From: Lama guanicoe
Taxonomy: Eukaryota
Assembly (NCBI GenBank): GCA_013239625.1
Contig: MU053881.1
Location: 7,835,957 to 7,899,956 of the forward strand
DNA: 64,000 nt
Direction: 5' to 3'
In this document: piece by piece, positions 1-12,908 of the stretch
How positions within the stretch are numbered: position 1 is the stretch's first letter
Layout of the letters: every line of letters begins with the position of its first letter
Position numbers and translations under genes: made by a program
The notes under the pieces: generated by a model
Database searches by the model: none
What the model saw: the letters and a program-made list of their open reading frames with translations, nothing else
What the model was told of the DNA's origin: nothing

Positions 1-2016
1 TCAAGTGAAGTGTAGAAAGCTCACATCTATTTATGTCCCTTCACCCTCCACAATTTATATGTCTTAAATATTTCCTCTCCATACATTGAGAACCACACCA
101 GGAAGTGTTCTAATTTTTGCTTCAACCACAACCATAATTTAGAAACTTTAAGAGAAGAAGGAAATAAATTTACTCATATTTTTACCCTCCCCACTATTCT
201 TTCTCTTTTCTGATGTTCATTTCTTTTCTATTTAGAGAATTTCTTTTAGCCATTTTTTATGATAGATCTACTAGCAACAAATTGTCTTAGTTGTCTCTCA
301 TCTGAGAATGTCTTGATTTTCCCTCCATTCTGAAAGATTGTTTGCTGTGTAGATTTTGGGTCAATGGTTCTTTTTTTTTCCCAGCCCTCGAAAAATTTTT
401 TCCCTTTCCTTTCGGACTTTATGGTTTTTGACAAGAAATGTGCTATCATTGAAATTGCTTTTCCTTATAGGTAAGATAATGTTTCTCACTCACTGCTTTC
501 AAGGTTTTTTGTTTTGTTTTTAGTTTTTAGAAATTTCACTATGATGTATGAATTTCTTTGGGTTTATCCTGTTTGAGTCAGTTCACCTTCTTGAATCTGT
601 GCGTTTATGTCTTTTTCCAAATTTGGGATATTTTCAGCTGTTATTTCCTCAAGTACAGCCCTGTTACCTTTCTTTACTTCTTCCAGGTCTCCCAGTGACA
701 CAAATGTTAGATCCCTGTGGCAGTGTCCGTTTCTTTCCAGTCTGTTTTCTCTCTGTTGTTTAGATTAGGTCATTTCTACTGGCCTGTCTTCAAGCTTACT
801 TGTTCTTTCCTCTGTTCGTTCCATTCTGCTGTGGAGCCCACCCATTGAGTTTTTTATTTTGATTATTGTATTTTTCAGTCCTGAAATTTCCATTTGGTTC
901 TTCTTTCATCTTCAGTCCCTTTGCTGAGACTGTTGGGTTTTCATTTGTACCAAGCCTATTCTTTATTGCTCGTGGGGGCATTTTCATGATGGCTGCTTTA
1001 AAAATCCACCCCAGTGTTGACACCTTTTGATTGTCCCTTCAAATTTAAGTTGTGGCTTTCCTTGTTCATGGTACAATGAGTGATGGCTCTATTGAAACTG
1101 AACATTTTGGGTGTTATGCAATGGAACGCGGGATCTCATTTAAGTCTTCTGTTTTAGCAGGCTCCTGACACTGCCCTGACAGTGGGAGGAGGTGGTAATG
1201 CCTTATTACTGCCAGAGTGGGTAGAAGTCCTGATTCCCCCTTGATGCTTGGGGGAGAGGACACCTTGTTATGGCTGGATCCTTGATATTTGGGGGCTGGA
1301 TGGAAGTGGGGTTCAGCTCCCTACTGTTGATACCACATGGCTGTGAGGGCAAAGTGCCTTTTTACTGCTTTCCACATGGCTTCCCCAACACCACAGTGTG
1401 GGTAAAGGTGACCTCCTCATCTACGGGCAGTGGTTAAAGCACTAACCTTCCCTGGGACTTCTCTGCCACCACCACAGTGGTTAGATTGTTGGGAAGAGCC
1501 AGCTTGTCGCCTATCACCAGGCGAGTCTGGAAGACCAGGCTCCCCGTGTGGTCTCCACTGACACCACGGGGAGGGATTTCATTGGCATGCAGCAGCAGGA
1601 GCTTGGCCTCCTCTGTTACTCCCTCAGCAAGGGGCTGGGACGCCTTGTCAGGCTGATGAGGGTGGGAGTCTCTGTTCCCCACTCGGCCGGTGCTGGTGGA
1701 GATGAGGCTGCGGAGTTTTCTGTGATGTGTTGCTGGAGTGGAGCAGTTACTGTCCACAAGCTTCCTGCTTGAGAGGCGGCCTCTTTTCCACTCCTTTGAC
1801 TAGGAGAGGTGGCTTTTCCGGTCTGTGCCCCCGATAGACTGGGGCTGCCGGCTTCACCAGCAGCAGGTCTGGGGTAGGTGAGGCAAATAGAAAACCCAAG
1901 GAGCTCACCACCGTGTCATTAGGATATTTGTTTCACATCATTTCCAGGGCTTTACGTTGAACTCAGTGGGGGAAGTAAGGAAAAACATCTACTCCACCTT
2001 CCCAGAAGCAGAAGTC
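1..2016 (-). mobile_element. Ancient L1 (L1M/L1MC-like) 5' portion: 5'UTR plus decayed ORF1, running off the left edge
   Basis: ORF 246..449(-) has IFQNGGKIKTFSDERQLRQFVASR, matching the L1 ORF1 C-terminal motif (FKNEGEIKTFSDKQKLREF). 796..1023(-) is a frameshifted coiled-coil segment. The element ends in TACTCCACCTTCCCAGAAGCAGAAGTC, which resembles old L1M 5' termini. Confidence 0.85.
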
Positions 2017-2454
2017 GTCTAAGATAGCTTTGAAAGCATTTCGTCAGGTACCTCGATGGTCCTGACAGGGCAGACCTGAGCCGGCTGACCTGAGCCATGG
2101 CTTATCCAAATATAAATCCACCTCTCAATCCCCTAGTGATTGTTCTTAGAGATTTCTGCCTGGCGCCCATTACAAAAGAGGTGGAAGATGCTCTCCACTG
2201 AACTGTTGATGAAAAGCTGTTCTCAAAGGGAGGAAATGGCCCAGGGTGGGGCAGAAAAGGGGTACAGTTGGGCCTCCCTACCTCTACCGCCTTGGAGCGC
2301 CTCTCCCCCTGCCAATCCCAGGGCCAGGCTGCAGGGGCAGAAAGACTGCTGACAGGCTGAGCAGGATGCTTGTCAGAACAGCCACTAGGGGTGGGGATCA
2401 ATCAGGGCGTCCGCAATTTGGGTCTTTAGGGCCATTAGATGGGATTTTGCCTGG

Positions 2455-2457
<3 letters not shown>

Positions 2458-2493
<36 letters not shown>

Positions 2494-2528
2494 TGCACGT
2501 GTGTGCACATATGTATGCACACATGTGC
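2458..2528. repeat. (TG)16 microsatellite extended by an alternating purine-pyrimidine tract
   Basis: Read directly from the sequence. Confidence 0.95.
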
Positions 2529-2704
2529 TATGTGGCTGTCTACAAGACATCTGTCTTAGAGGAAACCGTGTTTTCAGAGTCTTCCCTCTACCATCGTGTT
2601 GATTTCTCACCCTTTGTCAAGAGGGAATGAGCTGGGATGAGAGTCATTGTTTTTCTCTTTAGCTGCCAGGAGAATGAACTGGGTGGCTTATAATCATAAG
2701 CCTG

Positions 2705-2900
2705 ACATTTCCCAGAGTGTTTCCTGAAGTTTCTATGGGCTAGTAAATTAAAAAGTTCCGTGGCCAAAAAAACATTTGAGAAATTCTAGGTTAAAATAAG
2801 TTAAACACATTTACTGTGGGACTTCTACGAACCTTTCACATGCTGATGTGCGTTGTAAAATCTGCAGTTTCCCCCATTTGCCCGGTCACGGATCCGTTTT
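2705..2900. mobile_element. hAT-Charlie-type MER fossil (subfamily uncertain)
   Basis: ggttaaaataagttaaacacatttactgtgggacttct...catgctgatgtgcgttgt resembles recalled Charlie-derived MER consensus. Confidence 0.55.
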
Positions 2901-4034
2901 ATGATGGTGCATCGCGGGAGCCTCGTGTCCCGGGGAGACATCTTGCAGGAAATGCTGCCATAGACAAGGTTCAGGAGAAAGATGGTCCTTCTAGCCAAAG
3001 TGCATAAGCAAACTCTCTCCCCATCTGTGCCCACCTCTGTGCCTTCAGGAAGGGCAGCCCCAGTTTGCATCTGTCATGTAGGGAGTTGAAGAGTGATATC
3101 TTAGTCAGATCCATGTCCCCTATAAGCCCTTATTTAAAGGAAAGGACTCTCCCTTGAGTTTCCCTGAAAGAGTCAAGTGCCCCCAAGTTACACAGGGACG
3201 CAGGCTCATTCCACTGATGGGAAGACTAAGGTTTATATCCTTTTCTTACCTTCTCTCAGCTGCAGCCCGGTATCCCCATTCGAAATGAGATCAGTTCATT
3301 TAGGGACCATTTGCTTCAGTGATCTGATTTTACCTAGGACAAAAAGTTTATACTTTTAGCAGCTTGTGGGGCATTGGGGTTTTCAAGAAATTAATTTCAG
3401 ATCCAAATTGTTCGTGATGTTGCATCATGTAAACGTGACTTGAGCCAGGAGAGCGGCTCTGATGCTATCAGTTGCAGACACCGAGGTGTTGACAGCGGTT
3501 GGAACAGGCTCGCTTTGTCTGAGTAGGAATGCACCCTCTGAATGCTGACCGCGTTGATAGGGAAGACTTGAGCGCGTTGTCATTTTGTGGAGGCAAATAT
3601 GTGAATGTGCTTTGTAAACTGGTCCTTATCTGACTCACAGACGCAGGGCTGACCAGCTCAAACACCAGCCACTGACACTAGGCTGCCAGAAACCGCAACT
3701 GCTTGTTCACATTAGAGTTACTGTAACCAGGTCTCCGTGAAGCTGGTAGGTCAAGATGCCTGTCTTAAGTGCTCTCATTCTGTTTGAGTCTTAGAGCTGA
3801 TTTTTAGATGACTTCCTCTGTTCCTTAAGTAAAACATGAGATGTGGCCAAAAGAGGGCTTGGTCTGAGATTGCTTTGAAGGTTAATTTGGAAAAGCCTTG
3901 GTGAGCTTACACGTTCAAAATGAATGTTCCAGCAAATCAGGCTCGTTTTCTCTAATCCACGTTCTCAGTTTGCCCCAGATTTCAAGATAAATTTTCGAAT
4001 TCCTGAATGTCAACACCCCATAATTAGCACAACG

Positions 4035-4248
4035 GCTAATAGTTATTGTGCACTTTAAAGTTACCAAGCATCATGCTACCCTTTATAATCACTATCAGAC
4101 TGAATTCCTTGGACAACTCCATGGGGCTGTCTTGACTTCATAGGGAGGAAACTGAGGCACAGAGTGACTGAGGAACATGTTCAAGGTTGCACAGCCAGGG
4201 AAGCCCTGGGGCTGGGATTCGAAGCCAGCAGTCTAACTCCAGAGCCTA
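4035..4248 (-). mobile_element. MIR SINE
   Basis: Antisense core gaggaaactgaggcacagag...ctgggattcgaagccagcagtctaactccagagc. Confidence 0.85.
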
Positions 4249-6314
4249 TGTATCCCCTCTCACCTGGGCACAGCCCCATTCCCAGCCATGAAATGAGACA
4301 GGCGGGCAGGGGCTAGACCTAGAACCCTAGGAACAGACAGAAGGGGCCGAGTCAGGCTCAGCTGGAGGTGACAGCAGGAGGCTGACCCCAGGAAGTGGAG
4401 AGTAAGGCCGTGAAGGTAACGTCGGTAATGCCAAAGAGCTCTTAGCACGGGGAGGTAATTACGAGTAATGGCAGCAGAACAAGTAATGGAGAAGGAGTCT
4501 GTGTGACCCAGAGCTCTGGAAAGGCTGGCAGCATCAGGGGACCTTGTCAAGGTTTCCGCTGGACGGGTAAGAGTTCAAAGGCAACCCCTGTGCATTGAAG
4601 GACTCAGGTGTCGCACAGTTCACCTTGATAGGCTCAGGGCAAAGGAAGACACCTGGAACCAGTAACCAGGACCAGAGTCTCAGGTGGTGACTGAAGGCAA
4701 AAGTTGAGCTAAAAGGTCAGGTTTAGAACCAGAGTCAAAGCTGTGCTGAAGATGGAGCGTCCCCACTTGTGAGGCAGAAATCCCGAGATCCCTTCCCCCC
4801 GGGTGATAATTAACTCCTCATACCGATTCAGGACAGGCCCCAGGCAGAGAGCAAGCAGGCTCTCTGCCTGACACACAGCCTGTCCTGGAGCCAAACAGAA
4901 AATCCAGGCCTGGGCGTAAAAAAAAAAAAATGCCAAGTATCTGAAAGTTGTCTTGACAGTCTGTTAGTGGAGATATGAAAACAGCAGGGGTGTTGCGATA
5001 CCATTTAGCCACTCACTCAAATAAAACTCAGTCCGCTGCCACAGTTTGCGGGATATCATATTTGTTGAGAGAATGGGACCTGTAAATTGCCCAATATAAT
5101 TTCCATTGCTCTGTAAAGTCCGGAAGCCGGTTATAAGGCTTTTTGGACTTCAGGGGTTGTTCAGGGAGAGAAAAAAAATCATTGTTTGTCCATTTGCCAA
5201 ATATTAGAAACTTGCTCTGAGTCAAAGAGGGGTCGGGGGTCCTCCTGCCCTCCTCTTGGGCCCACGTGGAGTGAGGGGAGGGCCGCATGACTTGAACTGA
5301 AGCAGCTTGTCAGTATTCAGCTGTGAGTTCAGAAACCTGGCCCACGTGAGCAAAGTGATGTCTTAGCCACACACACGCCCCAGGAGATGTGAACTGGATT
5401 AAAATCAGAGCAGCGAGGCTGTGGGACCTCAGAGCCTTCCGGAGGTGTTTTTAGAGTGCTTTTAACCTGAAAAGGGGGAAGTGCCCCCCTTGCGGAGACC
5501 ACGAAGCTGTGAAGCGCTCAGAGCTAAACCAGGCTCACGTGGGGAGGCCCCTTGGGCGGTCCCTGGGGTTGGGGTGGGAGTGCCTGTTGTTACGCCCTGG
5601 GAATCCGACACGCAGGGGACCCTGCTTCCCTCCCTCATTCAGCCTGAGGCTGGGACTCCGAGGATGTCGGGGAGGGAAAGAATTATTCCCTTTATTTGTG
5701 AATGTGGTCCACAAACACGTGGGCAGCACTGGATCCACTTGTCAGGCCAGCTGCCCCCACTCTCCTGTTGAGGATCTCGAGGTTCCTGTCCCGACTCCTC
5801 ACAGCTCTGCAGGAGACCCTCCGCCCTTAAACTCAGCACACGAGGCAAAAAAAAAAAAAAAAATCATGTGTAGTCCAAGTCACCCTGAAAAATAACACGA
5901 GGCACCCCCACCAAGAGCTGTGGCCGCCCGATTTGCCCTCCAGAGTTGGAAGAGAGCAGTTTCTCCAGTGGAGCACCAGCTAAAGTAGTTGACTTGTACT
6001 TTGAGATGCCCGAGGGAGTGGCAGGTTTGAGCCTCCCCTGCCGAGCTCTCGGGACGTTCGCCTTCTGAGCACTGTGGCAGGTAGCTGGTTCCGTGATTGA
6101 CTGTGTCTCTCTTCTTCTTTGTAACAAATGCACATGCTAAAATTTGCCCCATTTAAGTGCATGTGTGCTGGGGATGTACTGTTAAGTTACAGAGCAGCCA
6201 TTCCAGCCAAGGCCCCCTGACTTCAAGCCTGGGCCCTTTTGTACCACTATCATGTGGCCTCCCTTGGTCCAGTATTGCCTGGCCAAGGGCGCCGTTGCCT
6301 GCTGGCCTCTCAGT

Positions 6315-6570
6315 AGTAATGATGAGGATAATGACGGTAACAAGAAGTACTGAGACCTCAAGATCTCATCTTGCACTGTGTGTACATATTTTTATCTTCT
6401 TTGTTCTTCCACCAACACCCTGAGAGATGCGCTGATTATCCCCATTTTATAGACGGGAAAACTAAGGCACAGAAAGATTGAACAGGGTCACTCGGCTGGT
6501 AAGCACCAGGGGTGGGTTCTGAACCCGGACCCAGGCATCTCCAAAGTCCTTGCCCTTAACCACCTTGCCC
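6315..6570 (-). mobile_element. MIR SINE
   Basis: attatccccattttatagacgggaaaactaaggcacaga core. Confidence 0.85.
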
Positions 6571-8249
6571 TTCTGCCTCTTTCTCATCGTTTTCCTTGCC
6601 CACACACCCTGTGAGGAAAACGAGCCCTTCAGAGGTAGACGGAGCAGTTGTGAGCACCTTACCCTGATCTCTGTGGCTTGCTCTTAACTGGGACCTGGGA
6701 AGAAGTTAGTAGCAAATGATCTTGTCATCTCACTAAACAAAGTTCCCACGAAGTATGACGCTGATGTCACATGGAAACTTCGCCAACCCCTCTTCTGCCG
6801 GTGCTGGCAACGTTCCTCAGATACAGCACACTGTCTACTCTGCAGAGGAAGCTCATTTGGGTCCTGATGGGAGGGTTATTCCAGCTCTGATTTTCCACTC
6901 ACCAAAGCCGTCATCCCAAACTGACTTTTAAAGCGACCCAGCTCTTTGGGGTGAGTGCCGCACCTGTAGTATCGTTTGGCTGTTAGAACCTGGTCCCCAT
7001 GATGCAGAGGATGGGGCTCAGGGAAGTCTCAGGAATGAGGACAGGAGGGTTGATTCCAATAAAGGGGGAAGCAGGGCTGTGCACAGTGGAAGGAATACTC
7101 TCCCAGGCAGAGATGGCTGCCAGTGATGCATTTAATGGGATGGCCCCCTGCTGTGCAGGGAGCGAGGGCCGTGGCCAGGCCAAGGGCCGCTGGTTCAGTG
7201 GGAAGCAGGGGGATTGCTGCTTCCGTGGAAAACGCTGATCCCAGTGTCCCTTACGTGCAGCTTTTCTCCCCCACTCCCTGCGCTGATTCCTGGCCTGACA
7301 CCTGCCTCCCAAGTCCCAGCTTGTGTTGCTGGAGTTTCTTCCACTGCTGGACCCCTCCCATCTGGAAGTCCAGCTGCAAAATGTTTAGGGGGTCCTCTCT
7401 CTTGGGGTCAAGAAAGGTTGGAGTTTCCAGCCCCTCTAGTGGGAGTTCAAATTGCCGATTCACGAAGCCACGTGCAGCGGGCGGCGGGGGGTCCTGTAAG
7501 AATGACATCATTTACTGAATGACATCTGGACGCTGCTCTGCATCCCCAGGTCCTTTGGAGATGAGTAGATGGGACCACTCTTGTTCAGACAGGAGCTCTT
7601 GTTCAAGGTGTTGGTCAAGGTCACAGTGCTTCAGTGAGGCCCAAGAGCAGAAGCCAGGTTGCCTGATTCCCAGGCCAGACCTCTCACACTCTGTATGCTG
7701 GCACCTCCTTAAGACAAAGAAGTGACACTGGCTACTCTACCCAAAATTCTTACATCCCTAGGTGACATAGGTGTGTATATGTGAGAAACAGTGTGTGTGT
7801 GTGAGAGAGAAAGCGGAAAATGGGTGTGTGTGTGTGTGTAGAGCAGGATGGGATGGTGTTCCTTGATCCCAGCCTAAAACAGAGGCCATTTTCCTTTCCT
7901 TATTTAGACCACTGTTTAGACCCAAGTGTCATCTGCTTGTCCCTGAGAACCTGCTCAGCCTCACGGCTTTATCTTACTTCATATTTAACCTCATTAGCCA
8001 TTTGCGGGCGTGCCTGGGCCAGACAGTAATGGCAGGCACACACGGCAAGGGGCCCTGCTGTTTATCTCTGCTGTGGAGTGTCTGGTGTAGTAATTAACTT
8101 TGAGGTCTTGCATACAACAGGCTATGAGGGGGAAAATCAGAAAAGCCCTCGCTAATCTGCACAAGACTTTATGAAACAGAAACCAGTTATTTGTTTGTTG
8201 CTCGTATAAGGAATATTTGCAATATCCAATTGCATATCAAAACGTAATG

Positions 8250-8440
8250 GAGAAGAGCCTGGTTTTCGTGTCTAACTACCAGGGTTGGAATCCCACTCAC
8301 CAGCTGTGTGATTCTGGGCAAATTGCTTTCTCTCTCAGAGCCTCAATTTCGTCATCTGTAAAAGAGGAATGTAAAACGAGGATGAAATGAGATATGCAGT
8401 TAAAGTCCTTGGCTCTGACCCTGGCACACAGAGAGGTCCA
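8250..8440 (+). mobile_element. MIR SINE
   Basis: cagctgtgtgattctgggcaaattg...cctcaatttcgtcatctgtaaaa. Confidence 0.85.
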
Positions 8441-8789
8441 CTGAAGCAGGGAATCCTCTCCAGCATGCTGTGGCCGTCCAGCGTCCAGTGGTACCCACTG
8501 TGCCTATGGCTCAGATTCCTATTAAGTGGGATCATCTAACATTGATCATTCCTGACTCAGAAGGACAGAATTGAATTGTTAACGGAGTACCCCCAAGACC
8601 TTCCAGATTTGAGACACCATTGCATAACCAGGTTTCTAATATCATTTACCATTAGTTATGCCCATGATCTTTCAAGTTGTGCAGCAGCAGACAGTTTGCC
8701 CCCCTTCGCTTTCGTGGGCACAGGCAAAAGCAGTTAAATATTGGCCCCTTTCAGGTCCTGGTTTCCTCGAGTCCCTGGACTTGTGCTGA

Positions 8790-8808
8790 TAGCCACTAGA
8801 GGGTGCAC
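8790..8808 (+). promoter_or_regulatory. Candidate CTCF site
   Basis: GCCACTAGAGGGTGCA matches the CCACYAGRKGGCGC core except for one CpG>TpG change. Confidence 0.5.
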
Positions 8809-9194
8809 CAGGGGCCTCCGGAGTCTAGGTCGTCTACTGATAGACTGAGAAGTCAAAAGTCAATCCCTGCAGAGCCCTCAGAAGGGAAAAGCCAGACTGC
8901 AGTGTAGATGACAGGAACAGAATTTTGGAGCTGGAATTAATAAAGGAGTCTTACCGCATGATGGAAATACATCCGCATGTTGTATTCCTTTGTGAGGTCA
9001 GGCTGTATCTTTTTCTAACAAGACCATTTACAATGATTTTACCCCCAAGCGATCATTGAGTACAAAATGCCCTTCTCTAAGCAATCAAATAAAATCTGTT
9101 AGTATCATTTCCTTTTAATTTGTCATGCAATTAGCGTGTGATTAGAACTTCCCAGGCTGTGTTTCTTTGCTCTCTTTTAGGAGGCTGGGTGGCT

Positions 9195-9420
9195 GGTGGT
9201 CATGAACTTTAGAGTCAGAGAGATCTGGCTTCAAATCCCCGCTTCCTCCGTCTACCCGCTGTTTAGCTTTTGGCAGATCATACCTTTCTAACCCTCAGTC
9301 TTCTCCTCTATAAAATGGGAATGCTAATATTCCTGTAAAGGACTTCTGTGAATAGTAGATGTGCAGTATAGTGTCTGGGATAGAGTAGCTTTTCAATAAA
9401 TAGCAGATATTATGATTATT
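9195..9420 (+). mobile_element. MIR SINE
   Basis: ttagagtcagagagatctggcttcaaatccc...cctcagtcttctcctctataaaatggga. Confidence 0.85.
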
Positions 9421-10757
9421 TTGACTTTTTTAAATGGTGCTGTTAGTCACAAACACTACTGATCTGCCTTGGAGAGCAACTTCGGACTTTCAGGCTGTAA
9501 TTAAATATGTCAGCTCCACTACGTCACAGTTAAAATTTGATCCATCCTGTTTCCTTGTTAAGCATTTATTAGACCATTTAAGAAACAAGCATTTTATATG
9601 AGTGCCAATGCCAAATCATAATTAGTGACAATTTTTATAGAATACTTACAGAGGTCGGAAGCTGTTTATGCAAGAGGACAACAGTCCGCGAACAACGTGC
9701 GAAGAAAATATTATACCTCCTTGGCCATTCCTAACGTTGCACGTCAAGGTGTTGCATTTAATTAATCTGTAGAACGTTTAATCTCAGACTTATTAAGAGC
9801 ATTATTTTGTGAAGGCAAACAAACAGCTCTGCTAGCGGCACCAAACATGTTTATTCCAAATAGTTAATTAAATTGTGTCATTTCCTACCCTGGAGCTTTC
9901 AAGCTATTCTGTTTTTCTACCCCGTGTGGACATTTTGTCATCATTCGTTTTTATTTCCTCTCCGGCCTTTTAAAAAGAGAAGCTGAGCAGCAGCCCACGC
10001 GTCTGTGTAGCTGGAACATCTTACAAAGTTAAATTGGCTAAACACGGGCCCAGCATGGGCTGCTGGGGCCGCCCCCATCTTTCCAAACCCACTGGGGTTT
10101 TCCAGCAGCGTCCAAACATGCCTGAATGATCCTGAACCTGAACATGAGCAGCAGTAATGGACCAAGGCTTGGAAGATGTTGGAAGTCACTGGAGCTTGAA
10201 GCTGCGCGGAAGGAGGAACAGTGACCTGACCCTGAGTGCCAGGAGATGGGGTGGTTGGCTTCCAAAGCTGCCGACCCACATCTCTTCGTGTTTCGCTCTG
10301 GCCTGCAAAAATATACAGGGATATATCAGCTTAGGATCTTTCTCTTGGAAGTACAGGGGCTTCCTTTCAGCTTTAAGAATTCGGGGTCCCAGCCCTGGAG
10401 AGGGTAGGGAGGACTTGGAGGCAGAGGGAAAGGCTCACAGCTCTGCATGCCTGGGCTGCAGCATCAGACTCCAGTGCTGAAACTTCCAAGGACCGGGGGA
10501 CACTGGACATGGGGCAGGCTGGACCGGATACCCTCCACTAAGAAGTGGGGGAGCTCCAGGTCTCTCCACACTCTCATGCTGGCACCTCCAAAAGTGCCGG
10601 GCTAAAAAGTACAAAAGTTAGAAAGAAAGGTGCAGAGGGCCAGGGTCTCTCAAATTAGTCCACAAATAGATACGACCTTGCAAGTCCTCTTGCACAGGAG
10701 CATCAGCCGTGGTTCCATCCACAAGGAGCTGTAGTCCAGTGTAACAGATGACGCCAG

Positions 10758-10947
10758 TGGACATTGACCGAGCACTTGCTCTGAGGCAGGCACTAGGCTA
10801 AGTGGTTTCCCCATATTAACTGCAAACAGCTCTGTGAGGTAGGCACATTCGTTATCTCCATTTTAAAGACAAGAAAATTGAGGCACAGAGAAGTTAAGTG
10901 ACTTGCCCAAAGTCACACAGCTGGTAAGTGGCAGCTCAGGGATTCTG
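10758..10947 (-). mobile_element. MIR SINE
   Basis: gaaaattgaggcacagagaagttaagtgacttgcccaaagtcacacagctggtaagtggcag. Confidence 0.9.
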
Positions 10948-11089
10948 CTGCACAAAAAGATGATGTGCTAGTATCATGCATTACGAAAGCAAGCAAGCAA
11001 GAATAAACAAACAAACAAATAAAATACATGTACACATATATATATACATCCATGTATCAGCTTGGCAAATTTATGTGAAATTTGAAAAA

Positions 11090-11420
11090 CTCAGGACAAT
11101 AGATGTTTCAAGGAGGACGAAGTCCCAGTGAGCTGAATCTTTGGCAAAGGTGTCCTTAAGACATGGGGCACACCAGTTGGGTTTGGAAGAACTCACAAAT
11201 GTGGAGAGAGGGAGAGAAGCAGGAAGACATCCCACATGGAGGCAGTTGTGCAGGTGGCCGGGGAGCCGGGAGGCGCTGGAGTGATCTGAGACGGGTGGCA
11301 AGGGAGGGCACATGAAGGGGCTGGAGGATGACTGGGGCCAGCTGGCTCGTGGAGTGCCTTGAACGTCAAGCCATTGTCGTCAGACCAGAACCAGGGGAAA
11401 TGAAGTGATTCAAGCCCCGC
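11090..11420 (-). mobile_element. L2 LINE fragment
   Basis: Purine-rich antisense L2 motifs (gagctgaatctt..., gctggagtga..., gccttgaacgtcaagc). Confidence 0.55.
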
Positions 11421-11599
11421 AGCTGGCGGCATCCTGAAGGGCACCAGGCTCCCTCGGGGCAGTGGATCCCCTTGTCCTACAGCTGGGAGCTGTCGTTAGT
11501 TAGCAGGATAATGACACAGGGCCACGTGCTGCATCAGTGTTTGTGTACCAAGCCGCCAGCCTGTGCTTGAGCAGGAGTACAATTTTTGTGGTTATGCCT

Positions 11600-11810
11600 G
11601 GCTTGGTGCCCTGGTTCTGCCGTGTAGCTGTGTGCCCTTGGAAGCGTGACTCAGTTTCTCTGTGCCTGAGTTTCTTCTGCACTGTCAAATGGAGGGGCAG
11701 TGCATTTCTGGGGCGACTGTTGTGGGAATCACAGTGCCCTGGCAGGCAGTAGGTCCTCAGTATGTGTTAGCTGTCGCTCTTTCTGTTATTATCATAATCA
11801 TGGTAATAAT
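11600..11810 (+). mobile_element. MIR SINE
   Basis: tagctgtgtgcccttggaagcgtgactcagtttctctgtgcctgagtttc. Confidence 0.8.
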
Positions 11811-12908
11811 AATTTAGCTTTGAGATCTGAGCATTATTCCAGAGCCCAGAGGATGCCAGGGACAGACAGGTTTAGCCCTCTCTCTGCTTCTCAGCTGTCT
11901 GCCCTAAGGGCAATTAATTACGCTAAAGGGTGACAAGGAGCCCAGCCACTCCACCCTGGCCACTTGGTTGTAAAGATCTTCTGCCTTACTGCAAGGCTGG
12001 TAACACAGGTGTGCTTCCTTCGACCCAGGGAGGCTCGCTGAGTGGAGGTCCATGGGCTCTGCCTGCAGCTTTGGCTTCTCTAGTGTCTGCACGTCCCTAC
12101 CTTAGGGGCAGTGTCGACACAGGAGAGGCCAGCAGGCAGTACCCGGCTTTCCCGGGAAGGCCACTTACCCTCAGCGGACCTTAGTGGGCATCACAAAATA
12201 ATAAATTGTATTTCCTCTCTAGTCCAGGAGACAGGAAGCTCCAAATTGGACTCTAATTAACTCGAAAGGAACAATGGGTTCCTCCAGAGCCTGGCAGTTC
12301 CAAGCGGGTCTACGGAGGTGTCACGCAGCCTTGGAAAATAATTACAACCGTAATAACGATGGCTCCAAAGTCGGGCTCCTGACGACACACCTCCAACAAA
12401 TGTGTTTCTCCTTCCTTGCAAGGTTCGCTGCCCTTAATTGCTACCCTGCTTCATTAAGGGGCAATTAATTTTGCGACTGGGTTTAAAAAGGCGGCAATTA
12501 TCGGGCGAGGACAAAAGCCCATGGTTAAACATAATCAGCTGGCAGTGAAAGGTGCTCCTTGGCTGATTCAGGGAGAGGGAGGGGAGAGGTTTGTGTTCCA
12601 AACAGGCCCCGTTTTCTTTCTTGGCTCTTCTTTTCTCAGTTCGCAACTGCCTCTGCTCTAACAGAGTCAGGCATGTGACAAGCCTGTCTTTTTCTGCCCC
12701 GGTTACAAGACTTGGCATCTCAAGCTGATTTTGAGGTCTTGGCCAGTGGACCTTCTCCTGCCATAGAAGTCACCCAGAAGGCCGGGCCGAGCTCAGTGCG
12801 GCCAGGGGCCTTGAGCGGCGGGCGTGGCTTCCCAGAGACACCAGACTCCACCTTAGGATTTGACATGCTGGGGGCACTTTTAATTCCAGCGTCATCCTTG
12901 GACACACG

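Noticed and set aside
5838..5904. ACACGAGGCA direct repeat flanking an A-run, as a possible TSD insertion
   Set aside because: The poly(A) follows the first copy rather than preceding the second, which is the wrong polarity for TPRT. The content is unrecognisable.
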